64,000 nt of DNA. It comes from an uncultured Acidobacteriota bacterium (GTDB lineage Bacteria; Acidobacteriota; JAQAZP01). The DNA is taken from positions 2,368,001 to 2,432,000 of the forward strand of contig CAWIIB010000009.1 of the NCBI GenBank assembly GCA_963836075.1, read 5' to 3'. A program made the position numbers and the translations under genes. A model generated the notes under the pieces. It saw only the letters and a program-made list of their open reading frames with translations, had not been told where the DNA came from and made no database searches. Below are positions 10,380 through 21,200 of this stretch, piece by piece. Each line of letters starts with the position of its first letter. Within the stretch, counting starts at the first letter, position 1.

Positions 10380-10592
10380 TCAGTAATGCGGCGGCGGCGG
10401 TTCGTCTCCGGCGTCCCCGGACACCGGGGACGCCCCTTCCCGCAGGTGGCTGACGATGGTTTCCAGCTTCGCCTCCAGGATGTCGATCTGACCCTGCTGG
10501 CGGGTGACCACCTCGTTCAACTCCTCGATGGTCCGTTCCTGGTAGGTCAGCCGTGTTTCCAGGTCCACGAATCGTTCTTCCATGGTGCTCAC
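10380..10592 (-). CDS. slyX: SlyX family protein
   Basis: LETRLTYQERTIEELNEVV and terminal EPPPPHY. Confidence 0.92.
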   Translation of the reverse strand: MSTMEERFVDLETRLTYQERTIEELNEVVTRQQGQIDILEAKLETIVSHLREGASPVSGDAGDEPPPPHY

Positions 10593-11302
10593 CTCCTGGC
10601 CACGAGGACCATGCCTCCGCCCTCGAGCGGGTCGAACCGCTTGCCGCTGAAATCAGCGAACAGTTCCGTCCGGCGGAACCCTGCTTCGCGGTGCAGCTCC
10701 ACCAACGGCTCCGAACGCACCGGGTGGAGGGTCGTTTCCTCGGTGAAGCGCACCTCACCTTCCAGTACCAGCTCGACCCTGAAGGTCACCTGCTCCTCGC
10801 TGATCTCCGGATAGCTGCGGCGGAACTCGTTGCCCTGGCCGGCGAACGGCTTCACCGGGAACTCCTGTTTTCCCTGGTGCAGGATGCGGTCCCAGTTCAC
10901 CACCTGCATGACCCAGGTCCCGCCAGGTTCCACCATCCGGCAGAGCTGTCCCAGCAGCGCCGCGAACCGGTGGGTGGGCAGATGGGACGCCACGTTGCCG
11001 ATACAGAAGATCCCGTGGAAGCCGCCGCCCAGACTGCCGGCCCGCTCCATGTTCCGGCAGTGGAATTCCAGCTCCGGATTGCGGGTCCGGGCCTCGGCGA
11101 TCATTGCCTGGTCCAGGTCGAGACCCGTGGCAACCACTCCATCAGCGGCAAATCGGCTGCAGTAGTGGCCCGGACCGCACCCGATGTCCAGAATCTTCAG
11201 TGATCTCCGTTCCGGCAGGCAGCCCTTGAGAAAATCGTAGACCTCCTCGCGAAAGGGAAAGATCTGCTCGTAGTATTCGGCGAACCCCGAGTAGAGCGAC
11301 AT
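10589..11302 (-). CDS. Class I SAM-dependent methyltransferase
   Basis: Starts MSLYSGFAEYYEQIFP; ILDIGCGPG and FCIGN motifs. This is the C-terminal part of ORF 10589..13069. Confidence 0.88.
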   Translation of the reverse strand: MSLYSGFAEYYEQIFPFREEVYDFLKGCLPERRSLKILDIGCGPGHYCSRFAADGVVATGLDLDQAMIAEARTRNPELEFHCRNMERAGSLGGGFHGIFCIGNVASHLPTHRFAALLGQLCRMVEPGGTWVMQVVNWDRILHQGKQEFPVKPFAGQGNEFRRSYPEISEEQVTFRVELVLEGEVRFTEETTLHPVRSEPLVELHREAGFRRTELFADFSGKRFDPLEGGGMVLVARR

Positions 11303-11310
11303 CGGCAACC

Positions 11311-12459
11311 TCACTTGAGCCAGAGACCCACGCCCACCCCGATGAACGTGGCCACGGCGTAGCCCAGGGTGCCGCAGAGGATCGCCGGGATGACCAGCGC
11401 CTCCCAGCGACGGGCCACCGCCATGGCCGCGGCGGTGGTGGGGCCGCCCATGTTGGCATTGGACGCGATCACCAGCTCGGCCAGGTCGAGCTTGAACAGC
11501 CGGCCGGCGGCCAGCAGGAAGACCAGGTGGATCAGCAGGATCAGGGCGGCAAAGAGGAAAAGCCTGGGACCCACCTTGACCACCACGATGATGTTGGCGC
11601 TGGCCCCCAGGGCGGCGAAGAAGACCTGCATCAGCAGCGTCCCCATGGTGCCGGGGCCATTCACCGCCCCCAGACGGGAGGGGAAGGCCGTGGCCAGGGT
11701 GACCATGATGGCGGTGATGATCAGGATGCCCAGCGCCCGGTTCCCGGCCAGTTCGGCCAGCCCGAATCCCACCGCGCAGACCACCGCGGCCAGGGCCATG
11801 GCCTGGGCCATGCTCAGCGGGGTGATCCGGCCCCGGCGGGCCAGCGGCGCCTCGCTCACCGTGTCGATGTCCCGGGCCGCCTCCTCGTGCCGGTTGGGGA
11901 ACCAGCGGGTGAGGAACCCGATGGAGGGGATGGCGAAGAGCAGCATGAAGTAGAGGGTCATCACCAGGTTGTCCGCGGCGATGCCGGCGGTGAGCAGGTC
12001 TCCGGAGTGCAGCTCCAGCGCTTCGGCCGCGGCCACGTAGTTGATCGAACCGCCCACATAGGTGGAGCAGAAGATGCCGGCCAGTTTCCAGCCTTCGTCG
12101 CCCAGCGGGATCAGCTTGAAGGCGACCCAGGTGCCGATCACCGTGCCCAGCGCGCCGAAACCGAAGGCCAGCAGGGTGGGCCCCGACTCGCGCAGGATTT
12201 TCCTCAGGTCGGCCCGGAAGAGCAGCAGGGGGATGGCCAGCGGGACGATGTAACCCCAGACCGTGTCGTAGACCGGTGACGAGGCCGGGATCACCAGGCA
12301 GTTGGAGAGGACAAAAGTGGTGAGGATGGAAACCACCGCTCCTGATATTTTGGCCCCCCAGCGGGTCTTCTCCGCCCAGAGGCCGAAGGCCGCCGCGGTG
12401 AGCAGTACGGCCCAGAGGGCCCAGTGCTGGTCGGCGCCGATCAGGGTCTGTCCGTCCAC
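11311..12459 (-). CDS. DUF819 family multi-pass membrane protein
   Basis: About 11 hydrophobic segments; STYVGGSINY and ASNANMGGPTTA motifs. Confidence 0.85.
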   Translation of the reverse strand: MDGQTLIGADQHWALWAVLLTAAAFGLWAEKTRWGAKISGAVVSILTTFVLSNCLVIPASSPVYDTVWGYIVPLAIPLLLFRADLRKILRESGPTLLAFGFGALGTVIGTWVAFKLIPLGDEGWKLAGIFCSTYVGGSINYVAAAEALELHSGDLLTAGIAADNLVMTLYFMLLFAIPSIGFLTRWFPNRHEEAARDIDTVSEAPLARRGRITPLSMAQAMALAAVVCAVGFGLAELAGNRALGILIITAIMVTLATAFPSRLGAVNGPGTMGTLLMQVFFAALGASANIIVVVKVGPRLFLFAALILLIHLVFLLAAGRLFKLDLAELVIASNANMGGPTTAAAMAVARRWEALVIPAILCGTLGYAVATFIGVGVGLWLK

Positions 12460-12474
12460 CGGTCACTCCTCGCT

Positions 12475-13504
12475 TCAGGGGGTGATCACCACCCGCACGT
12501 CGCTGCCGAACGTCCCCAGGTCGTCCAGCACGCTGTTGATCGCCTCCGCTTCCAGGGGCACGCTGCGGGTCACCGCCCGGGAGAGGTCCAGACCGCCCCG
12601 GCGGGCCCATTCCAGCAGCTGGGGGATCTCCGAGGCCAGGTGGTCGGAGACCCCGATGATCTCGGCCTCCCGGCCCAGCAGGTCCTTGTAGGGCCGCACC
12701 TGGAACGGGTCGTTGCCCAGGCCGGCCACCGCCGCCCGCCCCTGGACCGCCAGGCAGCGGAAGGCCTGCTCCATGGTCTGCGGCGAGCCCACCAGCTCCA
12801 GGGCCACGTCCACGCCCCGGCCTCCAGTCAGCTTTTTGATCTCCTCCACCGGGTCGAGGGCCGAGGCGTCCACCGGGATGGCCCCGTAGGTCTGGGCCGC
12901 GGTCAGCTTGCTCTGCCGGATGTCCACCGCGTAGACCTCCATGGCGCCGAGGCAGCGGGCCAGCTGGATCGCCGAGGTGCCCAGACCGCCGGCGCCGAAC
13001 ACGGCCACCGTTTCTCCCGCCACCAGCCGCGCCTTTTTGAGGGCGTGGAGCGAGGTGGCCGAGGAGCACATCATGATCGCCCCGTGTTCAAAGGGGATGT
13101 CGTCGGGCAGGATAAAGGCGCTCCGTTCGGGCATCACGATGTATTCGGCATACCCGCCGTCACGGTTGTTGCCGATCATCCGGCCGGTGATCGCAGAACT
13201 GCTCGCTCCCCCGGTCGCAGTGGCAACAGCAGCCGCAGGTGGCCATGTAGTGCAGGCAGACCCGGTCACCCTCCTTGAACCCCCGCACGGCTTCGCCGAC
13301 CCGCTCCACCTCACCGGCCACTTCGTGCCCCGGGGTGAGGGGAAGCGATTTCAGCGTCACCGTGCCGTCCCGGTAGTGGGCGTCGGAATGGCAGATGCCG
13401 GCGGCCCGCACTTTGACCAGCAGGTCATGGGGCCCCACCTCCGGCAGGTCCAGCTCCACCTCGACCAACGGCTTCCCCTGTTCCACCAGTCTCACCGCTT
13501 TCAT
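12475..13504 (-). CDS. Zinc-dependent alcohol dehydrogenase, split by a single frameshift near 13190 (probably an assembly error)
   Basis: N-terminal half (GICHSD, GHEVAG, CxxCxxC) is in ORF 13160..13504. C-terminal half (GGYAEY, GAGGLG) is in ORF 12475..13314. Confidence 0.85.
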
Positions 13505-13546
13505 CGGGTCCTCCCTCGCTGCTCAGCCGGTTGTGCGGAGCACTGA

Positions 13547-14419
13547 TTATACCCGCCTTTTGGCCCAGCGGGCGATCATTCCGGTCAGATTTCCGGCCGC
13601 TTCCCGCCCCTGGGCAAAATAGAGGGCCGGCTCGATCAGCTCCAGTTCCATCAGCAGGAAGCCGGCCTCGGTCTCCACCCCGTCCACCCTGGCGTAGTGC
13701 CAGGGATGGGGGACCGCGGCCACCGCCGCTTCCGCTGCGGCCACCAGCCGGTGGGACGGTTCGCCCCGGGCCACCGTTCCGCCGAAGTCGGGCTGGACCC
13801 GGAAGTCCCCCGGTTTCGGCGATTTGAGCGCTGCGTGGCTATACACCCCGTCGAGGAAGATCAGCGACCACTCGCCCTGACCGGTGATCTCCGGCAGGAA
13901 CCGCTGGACCAACATCTCCTCGATGACCAGGGCCCGCGCCAGTTGCGGTCCGCGGCAGGCCGCTTCTTTCCGCCGCACCCGCCAGGTCTGGTGGGCCGAG
14001 GCGGAGACCGCCGGTTTGACCACCGCATCGTCCCAGCCGGTGCGGCGGAAAATCTCCACCAGCGATTCGCCATCCTCCCGGGAGGGCCAGCAGGTGGGCA
14101 CCACCGCTACGCCGGCGGCTTCCAGGTCGCGGAGGTAGCCCTTGTGGGCGTTCCAGCGGACCACCGGCAGCGGGTTCCAGAGGGTCACCCCGGCACGGTC
14201 CAGCTTTTCGAGCCAGCCGAGGAACTCATCACAGCGCAGGTGGTAGTCCCAGCAGCTGCGGATCAGCACCAGGTCAAAGGACTCCCAGCGAAGATTCTCC
14301 GCGTCCCAGAGGGCTGTCACCACCTCGAAACTGCACTTCAGCAGTTCGTCGCGCAGAATACGGTCGTCGGGGGTCAACCGCGGCAGGTCACGGCAGGTGG
14401 CCAGTGCAATTCGTGTCAC
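13547..14419 (-). CDS. ATP-grasp protein (RimK / glutathione synthetase-like)
   Basis: RSCWDY, NAHKGYL, VVKPAVSA, YARVD and LMELELIEP motifs. Confidence 0.85.
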   Translation of the reverse strand: MTRIALATCRDLPRLTPDDRILRDELLKCSFEVVTALWDAENLRWESFDLVLIRSCWDYHLRCDEFLGWLEKLDRAGVTLWNPLPVVRWNAHKGYLRDLEAAGVAVVPTCWPSREDGESLVEIFRRTGWDDAVVKPAVSASAHQTWRVRRKEAACRGPQLARALVIEEMLVQRFLPEITGQGEWSLIFLDGVYSHAALKSPKPGDFRVQPDFGGTVARGEPSHRLVAAAEAAVAAVPHPWHYARVDGVETEAGFLLMELELIEPALYFAQGREAAGNLTGMIARWAKRRV

Positions 14420-14955
14420 GCGGGTTCCTCTTGGCCGGTGGGACAGTCAGGGGAGGGCTGCTCCCCACTCTCGAACAGCTCGGTCAGGTAGCGGAAGATG
14501 AGCCTGGATGCCCGTGGCGGTTTGCCGGCGTCAGCTTCCTTGCCGGCACTGCGCACCAGGGCGCGGAGGTGCTGAACGTCCACTTCGGGAAACTCGGTGA
14601 TCAGCTCCTCCAGGCAGCTGTTGTCTCCCTCCAGCAACCGGTCGCGGCACTGCTCGGCCCGGTGAAAAAGCCGCTTCTCCCGTTCCCGGAGGTGGTCCAG
14701 GTCGGCGAGGGCCAGTTCGATGGGCCCGGTCTCCAGGGAGCGCATCAGGACGCCGATAAACTGCCGCTGGCGTTTCAGTGCCCCGCGCTTGGTCAGGCGC
14801 CTGGCCAGGCGGATCGCTTCCAGCAGCTCCTCGGGCAGGTCGAGCTTCTCCAGCCGCGAGTCGGGAAGTGCGATCAGCCGTTCGCCCAGCGCTTGCTTGG
14901 CCTCCACCTCCCGTTTGGCCTGGGTCCGGCTCTTTGTTTCACGTTCTTCGCACAT
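14416..14955 (-). CDS. darP: Ribosome biogenesis factor DarP (YjgA, DUF615)
   Basis: KSRTQAKRE, KRQRQFIGVLMR and terminal SRLIFRYL. Confidence 0.88.
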   Translation of the reverse strand: MCEERETKSRTQAKREVEAKQALGERLIALPDSRLEKLDLPEELLEAIRLARRLTKRGALKRQRQFIGVLMRSLETGPIELALADLDHLREREKRLFHRAEQCRDRLLEGDNSCLEELITEFPEVDVQHLRALVRSAGKEADAGKPPRASRLIFRYLTELFESGEQPSPDCPTGQEEPA

Positions 14956-15509
14956 TACTGGATACCCAGCCACTGGTCGATGGCCTCTCCCAGCTCGGCC
15001 AGTGCCTCCTCCTTCTCGGCCAGCTCGTTCTCCAGTTCGATGATCCGCTGGTCCAGATGCCAGACCCGGTCGCCGGACCGCTGCAGCGGGACGCTGATCT
15101 GCTCCGGCATGTTGCGCAGACGCTGGACCACTTTCTCGTCGCCCTCGCTGATGGCCCGGGACAGCTGGTTGTTGACCCGGTCCAGTTCGGCCTCCAGCAG
15201 CTGCTGGTCCTCCAGGGCCAGGCGCCGTTCGTCCTCCGCCTTGCGCAGGTCCGACTTGATCGGCCCCAGCTCCTCCCGGGCCATGGCCAGCCGGCGCAGG
15301 GCCAGCTCCATGGCCTGCTGGTCCAGGGCCGCCTGCTGCTGTTCGAGCACCTGCTCCATCAGCACGCTCAGCTCCTGGATCGCGGCTCGCAGCGCCGCCA
15401 TCTCCCCGGCCAGATCCTCGGCTGATCCCTGCGGCTCGGCACGCGCCCCGGCGCAGCAGAGCAGAATGAGCAGCCCGCAGGCCAGAATGTTCTTCAGTGG
15501 GTTGATCAT
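14955..15509 (-). CDS. Exported coiled-coil hypothetical protein
   Basis: Signal peptide ending AGARA followed by heptad-rich E/Q/L helices. Confidence 0.7.
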   Translation of the reverse strand: MINPLKNILACGLLILLCCAGARAEPQGSAEDLAGEMAALRAAIQELSVLMEQVLEQQQAALDQQAMELALRRLAMAREELGPIKSDLRKAEDERRLALEDQQLLEAELDRVNNQLSRAISEGDEKVVQRLRNMPEQISVPLQRSGDRVWHLDQRIIELENELAEKEEALAELGEAIDQWLGIQ

Positions 15510-15541
15510 CGTTCGCATCTCCACACGGGTTCGGTCGTCGC

Positions 15542-16582
15542 TCAGCTTCCGGCGGATTTTCCCGAGCCGAGCATGATCGATATCCAGCGGGTGTCGTCGA
15601 AACTCCCCAGGGCGATCTTGACGATCATGGTCAGCGGCACCGAGAGGAGCATCCCCACCGGGCCCAGCACCCAGCCCCAGAAGATCAGGGAGAGGAAAAC
15701 CACCAGGGTGGAAAGCCCCAGTCCCTGGCCCATGAACTTCGGTTCGATGATGCTGCCCACCAGGATGTTGACCACCAGGTAGCCCGCGGCCACCAGCATG
15801 GTCCGGGGGAGGCCGAACTGGACCAGGGCCAGCAGCACCGCCGGGATGGCGGCGATGATCGAGCCGATGTTGGGCACGAAGTTGAGGAAGAAGGCCAGCA
15901 GGCCCCAGAGCACCGGGTAGTCGACACCGAGGATGGCCAGCCAGATGGTGATCACCAGGCCGGTGGCCAGGCTGACCGCCGTCTTGATCGCCAGGTAGCG
16001 GTTGACGCTTTCGGTGAACTCGCTGAAATGGGCCAGGGTCTTTTGCGGGTCGGCCATGGCCGCCTGGAACTTGGCCCGGAAACCGGCGGCCTCCAGCAGG
16101 ATGAAGACCACGGTGAGCAGGATCATGAACATGTTGGTGGCCATGCCGCCGAGACCGGTGAGCATGTTGGCCGACATCTGCAGCGCCACCCCGGGATTGA
16201 AATGCTCCTCCAGCAGTTGGCGGTTCAGCTGGATGTCCATCCCCTCCAGCCAGGCCACCACCGAGGCCTGGATGCCCTGCAGGCTTTCCAGGTAGGCGGG
16301 GAGCGAGCGGGTGAAGTTGTTGATCGAGGAGCCGACAAAGTAGCCGGTTAGGGTGGTCAGGCCGAGGATGCCCAGCACCACGATCAGCACCGCCAGGACG
16401 TTGGGCACCTTCTTCCGCTGCAGCCAGTAGAGCAGCGGGGCGCAGATGATGGCGATGAAGACAGCGAGAATGAAGGGGATCAGGATCGGGGTGGCGGCCT
16501 TCATCCCGGCCACCACGATGACAAAGCTTGCCGCGGAGATCAGAAAGCGGGAGCCCACGGATGTTTGAGGTCGCTCAGCCAT
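15542..16582 (-). CDS. AI-2E family transporter (YhhT-like)
   Basis: LNFVPNIGS, IEPKFMG and WGWVLGPVGMLLSVPLT motifs; multiple TM segments. Confidence 0.92.
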   Translation of the reverse strand: MAERPQTSVGSRFLISAASFVIVVAGMKAATPILIPFILAVFIAIICAPLLYWLQRKKVPNVLAVLIVVLGILGLTTLTGYFVGSSINNFTRSLPAYLESLQGIQASVVAWLEGMDIQLNRQLLEEHFNPGVALQMSANMLTGLGGMATNMFMILLTVVFILLEAAGFRAKFQAAMADPQKTLAHFSEFTESVNRYLAIKTAVSLATGLVITIWLAILGVDYPVLWGLLAFFLNFVPNIGSIIAAIPAVLLALVQFGLPRTMLVAAGYLVVNILVGSIIEPKFMGQGLGLSTLVVFLSLIFWGWVLGPVGMLLSVPLTMIVKIALGSFDDTRWISIMLGSGKSAGS

Positions 16583-16690
16583 GGGGCCATTCTAGCGGAG
16601 GGGCCGCGGCAAATCCAGCCGCACGGTCGTCCTCTCCGGGGGAGCGCCGGCCGGATGGCGCAGCGGCGAAGTGCAGGCGACAGGCAGCGA

Positions 16691-17760
16691 TCAGGCCCCC
16701 GTTTCGGCGTGAGAAACGTTTTTCAGGCAGCGCAGCCGCTCCGCCGGGGCTCCTGACCCGGAAGCCCGCGTCACCTGGCCCGGAAAGCTGGTCAGCGGGC
16801 AGCGCCGCGCCCCTTCGTCTTCGGAGAACAGCCCCCGGATCCAGGTCAGCGAGAGATCCTGGTCCAGTGCCAGGGTGCCGTCCTCCTTCAGCCGGCCCAC
16901 CTGGTTCTCCGGCCGCTCCAGGGCCAGCGAACACTTGTTCAGCCGGCCGTCGGCCCGGACCACGAAACAGTTGGCCCAGGCCGCGTAGCAGACCGGCCCG
17001 CAGTCCTGCTCGGTGTGCAGAGTGATGCCCCTGGAGGCGGCCAGCTCCCGCAGGGCCACGATCCGCTGGTCCTCCAGCCCGCCCTCCAGCACGGCCACGC
17101 TCTCGTCGTTGGCCCCGCCGAAGCGGGAGAGGGCGCGGATGAAGAGGCGGAAACGCGGGTCAGTTTCGAAGGCCTCACTGTAGAGGTCGATGAACCCGGG
17201 CATCGCCTGGTGGTTCTCCTCGTCCACGTGCACCCGGATGTCGACGATGAACGGATCGGGAACCGCCCGCAGCGACGAGACGTTCTTCCACAGCCGGTCA
17301 AAGGTGCCCCGGCCATCGGCGAGGACCCTTTTTTATCGTGCCACTCTTGCGGCCCGTCGAACGAGATCTGGTACTCGGTCACCCCCCGGGCCAGCAGGCC
17401 TTCGAAGACCTCCCGGGTGAGCAGGTAGCCGTTGGTGGTCATGCTGGAGCTGCACTCTATCTTCGGGTGGGATTCGATCAGCACGCCGACGTGATCCATC
17501 ACCTGCTCCACCACGCCCCGGGCCAGCAGCGGCTCCCCCCCGAACCAGCCGAGGGAGAGGTAGTCGAGCCCCTCCGCCCGGCGACTGAGAAAGCGCTTCA
17601 GCCCCTCCACCACCGGCTCCTCCATCCGGCCGTGCCTGAATTCCTCGTAGCAGTAAGTGCAGCGGAAGTTGCAGGCCTCCGTGGGCAGAACGATCAGGCA
17701 CAGCCGGTTGCCGGCCAGGTAAGGGACCATTTCGGGTGAAGGAGGACGCATGTTGACCAC
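16691..17760 (-). CDS. Radical SAM protein with a SPASM/twitch-like C-terminus, frameshifted at a T6 run (17329-17334)
   Basis: LPTEACNFRCTYCYE (CxxxCxxC), WFGGEPLL, TTNGYLL and QISFDG. Adding one A restores HDKKRVLADGRGTFDRL and joins the frame carrying CYAA...KC...CP. Confidence 0.9.
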
Positions 17761-17780
17761 TGAATATTGACGCCAAATGC

Positions 17781-18122
17781 CTATTCGCAGCTTCCATTGG
17801 GATTCAGTTTGCAGGGGCAGACCTTATCAATCGGGGGGCTGTTGGTTACTATTCCTGGCTTTTCTCGAATTATGATCCCTATGGTACGGTTTGTCTCCTC
17901 CCCTTCAATTTTGGCGAAATGAATTTCCTGGAAGGGGTTTTATGGTGTGCCAGTGGTACAGTCCATTTTATCCGGAGGCCATTCCCAGTCATACTTTTCG
18001 TCGGGCGGACCTTCAACCAGATAGTATATGTTCTCGTCAAACCAAGTGACATCTGCTTGGTCCTCAAGCCAGATCCTTAAATTTCCACTCGCATCCCAAT
18101 CGACTGAAACCTTTCCATTCAT
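17781..18122 (-). CDS. Orphan low-GC small ORF: 60 aa, TAA at 17940-17942, then 52 further open codons; candidate radical SAM / CHAT substrate
   Basis: GGAGG-type RBS before ATG 18122. The frame stays open after the TAA until TAG at 17781-17783 and fills the gap between the CHAT and radical SAM genes. Confidence 0.6.
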
Positions 18123-18202
18123 TCGTCCACCCTCCCTCGCCGCCACGGCCTTGACCTTGGCCGTTCGGCCCCGGTTATTCACCATCACACCTCCCGATCG
18201 CA

Positions 18203-21200
18203 TCACCTCCAATCGCCGGCGGCAACAAAGGCCGCCCAGTGAAACGGGTGGTCGCTGAGGCCCTTTTCCCGCCGGTTTTCCAGCAGGCTGAGACTCGCCT
18301 CACGGACCGCCTGTGCCATGTCCCTGTTCCCGTAGAGCCTCGATCTGTAAAAGGCCTCCATCCAGAATCGTGTGGCCTCGTCGTCCACCGGCCAGAGGCT
18401 CATCACCACCGTGTTCACCCCGGCCAGACGAAAGGCGCGCCGCAGCCCGAACACGCCTTCCCCGGCCTGGACCGTGCCCAGGCCGGTGCCGCAGGCGGAG
18501 AGCACGGCCAGCTGCACCCCGGTGAGATCCAGTGCGGCGATTTCTTCAGCCGTGAGGATGCCGTCCTCGTCACCGGTGGCTGACGCTCCCCGGGTGTTGG
18601 CGTTGGCCAGCGCCAGGCCCGCGCGAAGCAGCGGGTTCGCGCCAGGTGAACTCACCGACACCCTGGTCTCCGGCAGCCCGGTTACCGCCCGGGTTCCCTC
18701 ACCCTTTCCGCCGCCTGCGGCGAACGGGCGCGGATCGAAAAAGTATCCGTGGGTGGCCAGGTGGATCATCCGGCACCCCGGCGCCTGTGTTTTGAATGCC
18801 GCCTCGGTGGCCAATGCCCCGGTGAGACAGGCCACCGCTTCACTACCTCGATCCGGCCACAGCGACGCCACTTCCTCCGCCTCCTGCACCGACTGGGGAA
18901 GTGGGCTGAAACCAAGCGAAGCGTAGCGCACGTCGAGGAAACCTGAGTCTGCCGGAGAGTCGCTGCCGTTGTCCGGGACAGCGGTGTCGGGCGGTGCGTC
19001 CCCGAAATCCGGGGCGCCGAATACCAGTATTCCGCTGCCCTCCCGAGAATCATGGCGTGACGGGCAAAGATCCCTCTCTGCCGTAAGGTAATGAATCGGG
19101 GGGCCCTGCTCCAGGAGGTAGCCTCCATCGTCATCGGGCAGGGCGGCGAAGCTCACCAGGTGCAGGGAGGCGTCGGGAACGATGAAAATCCGTTTCGCTT
19201 TGGCCAGGTGTGCTGTCAGCGGATCCCAGATCTTCTGTCGAAGCGCCAGGCCCGCCGTCCGGTGATCACCCTCGTTCGGTTGACCCGGCAGCCGGATCGG
19301 CAAGATCCCGCGCAGCGCATTGCGCCAGCGGTCCACCAGGCCGTCGATCTCCTCGTTCGTGCCCAGGGGGACCGCATGCACGTCGTCCGAGTCGCTGGAG
19401 ATGACAAAGGCGAGATACGAAGGCAGGGGTGCCTCGCCGGGATCGACGCAGATGGAGTCCTCGTAACGAAAGTAGGCTACCAGGGCGCTGTCCTCCGGCA
19501 GAGCCTCCCTCACCTCGACCAGGCCCAGTTTCAGGCTCTCCTGCTCCTTGCGGAACGCCGCGCTCGCCTCGGCCAGCTTACGCTCGGCCGACGCCTTCCT
19601 CTCCCTGGCCTGCCGGAGGTCATTGGATGTGGGCTCTCCCGCCGAGTCCTGCCCCCCGCACACGGTCAGCCCGGACAACTCCTCACAGGCCAGGCGCAGT
19701 TCGGTGAGCAACGCCTCCATCTCGGGGTCCGCGGAATCCCGGGCCGCGCGGTTGCGGGCCACCAGTTCGTCGAGCACCAGGGCGCGCCAGTGGATCACCG
19801 CATCAAAGGCCCGCTCCAGGCCGGGCAGCCGCTGGCGGGCGCACCTGGCGGCGATGGCCGTTGCCAGGTGGAGCCCGTCTGTTCCTGACGCCGCATAGCG
19901 GAGGGCCAGCTGGGCTTCCAGCGTGCGGGAGGTGAGGAGCAGGTGCTCTCGCGAAAACTGCTCAGCTTGCAACGCGGTTTCCAGGGCACGGTCATTCTCA
20001 CCGAGGGCCGCCTGGGCGCGGCCGAGATCGTTCAGAGTCTCGAGCATCAGGACGTGGTCGTGATCCTCTGCCTGCTGGTGGAGATCGCTTATCCGGTTCA
20101 GCAGATCCCGTGCCTCAGCGTAGTTGCCGGTGGAGCAGTGCAGCCGGGCCATAATGTGCAGTGGAAAGAGTGTCTGCAGATGGTCTTCGCCGTAATTGGC
20201 CCGGGCGATTTCGGTGGCTCGCCCGATGACGGCCGCAGCTTCCTCGAACCGGCCGGTCTTCCGCAGAAAGTCTCCGTAACAGCAGAGAAAGTAGCAGAGG
20301 TCCGTTTTCGGTTGATAGCTTTCCTGCTCAGCCACGGCCAGCGCGTGCTCGAAGTGTAGCCGGGCTTCGTCGTGCTTGCCCAGATCGTAAAGGACGTTGG
20401 CCAGCATGATCTGGGTATGGAGTGTGCTCCTGTGTTCTCGGTCCTGGCTCGCTTGCTGGATTTCCAAAGCGCTTTCATATAAGCGGCGCGACTCCTCGAG
20501 ATCTCCGATCCGGCTGAAATAACCAGCCAGGCTCATGAGGCTTGAGGCCACCATGAGGTGGTCGGGCCCCAGGTTCTCCACGAAAATGGCCAGGCTTCGC
20601 TCCAGGTGCTGACGCGCGCCGCTGTAGTCCCCGATGATTTCCAGAAGGATTCCCAGGCTGCGGTGACTGTTGGCGATCAGGGGATGTCCGGGCCGCAGGA
20701 CTCTTTGCCTCATCGCCAGGGCGCGCGCGCAGAGCCGCTGGGCCTTGGTGAAGTTTCTCCGTTGTTGGACGGCGCCTTCCATATTCAGGCGCTCGGCCAC
20801 GTCGGGATGGTCGGCCGGGAGTGTGGAGTCCTGGATTCGGGCGGCCCGTGCCAGGTATTCCAGCGCCTCAGTGATCCCGCCGTCCTGGTCGTCGCGAACA
20901 CCGCCGAGCATGATCAGGGTCATGGCCGTGTCCGGGTGCAGGGGATCCAGCGTGCACTCCTGGATACCGAGGGCATGTTCAAAGGCCGTACAGGCTTCAT
21001 CAATCTCATTGCGGAAAAAGTGGAGGCGGCCCAGCTCGAAGTACCCGGACGCCACGACGGGATGCTCGGCGCCGAGCAGTTCGATCTTCCGCTCGAGAGA
21101 GCGGCGCGCCAGGTCCAGGGTTTCCGGATCATCATGCCGGTTGATCCGGCGCAGGGCTCCGGAGAGGAGCGACATCATCTCGGCCCGGGCCAGGGCATGA

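Noticed and set aside
13160-13200. ADH and hybrid kinase (near 29945) as true pseudogenes
   Set aside because: Each has a single indel with otherwise intact motifs, consistent with sequencing error.
17329-17334. Programmed frameshift or phase variation in the radical SAM gene
   Set aside because: A one-base loss in a homopolymer, in a sequence with many other indels, is most simply an assembly error. It cannot be excluded without reads.
17940-17942. Selenocysteine or pyrrolysine recoding of the orphan's internal stop
   Set aside because: The codon is TAA, not TGA or TAG.
16691-18122. Darobactin-type cluster
   Set aside because: Only a WxW resemblance. There is no terminal WNWSKSF-like core and no ABC exporter genes, and I cannot support DarE orthology.
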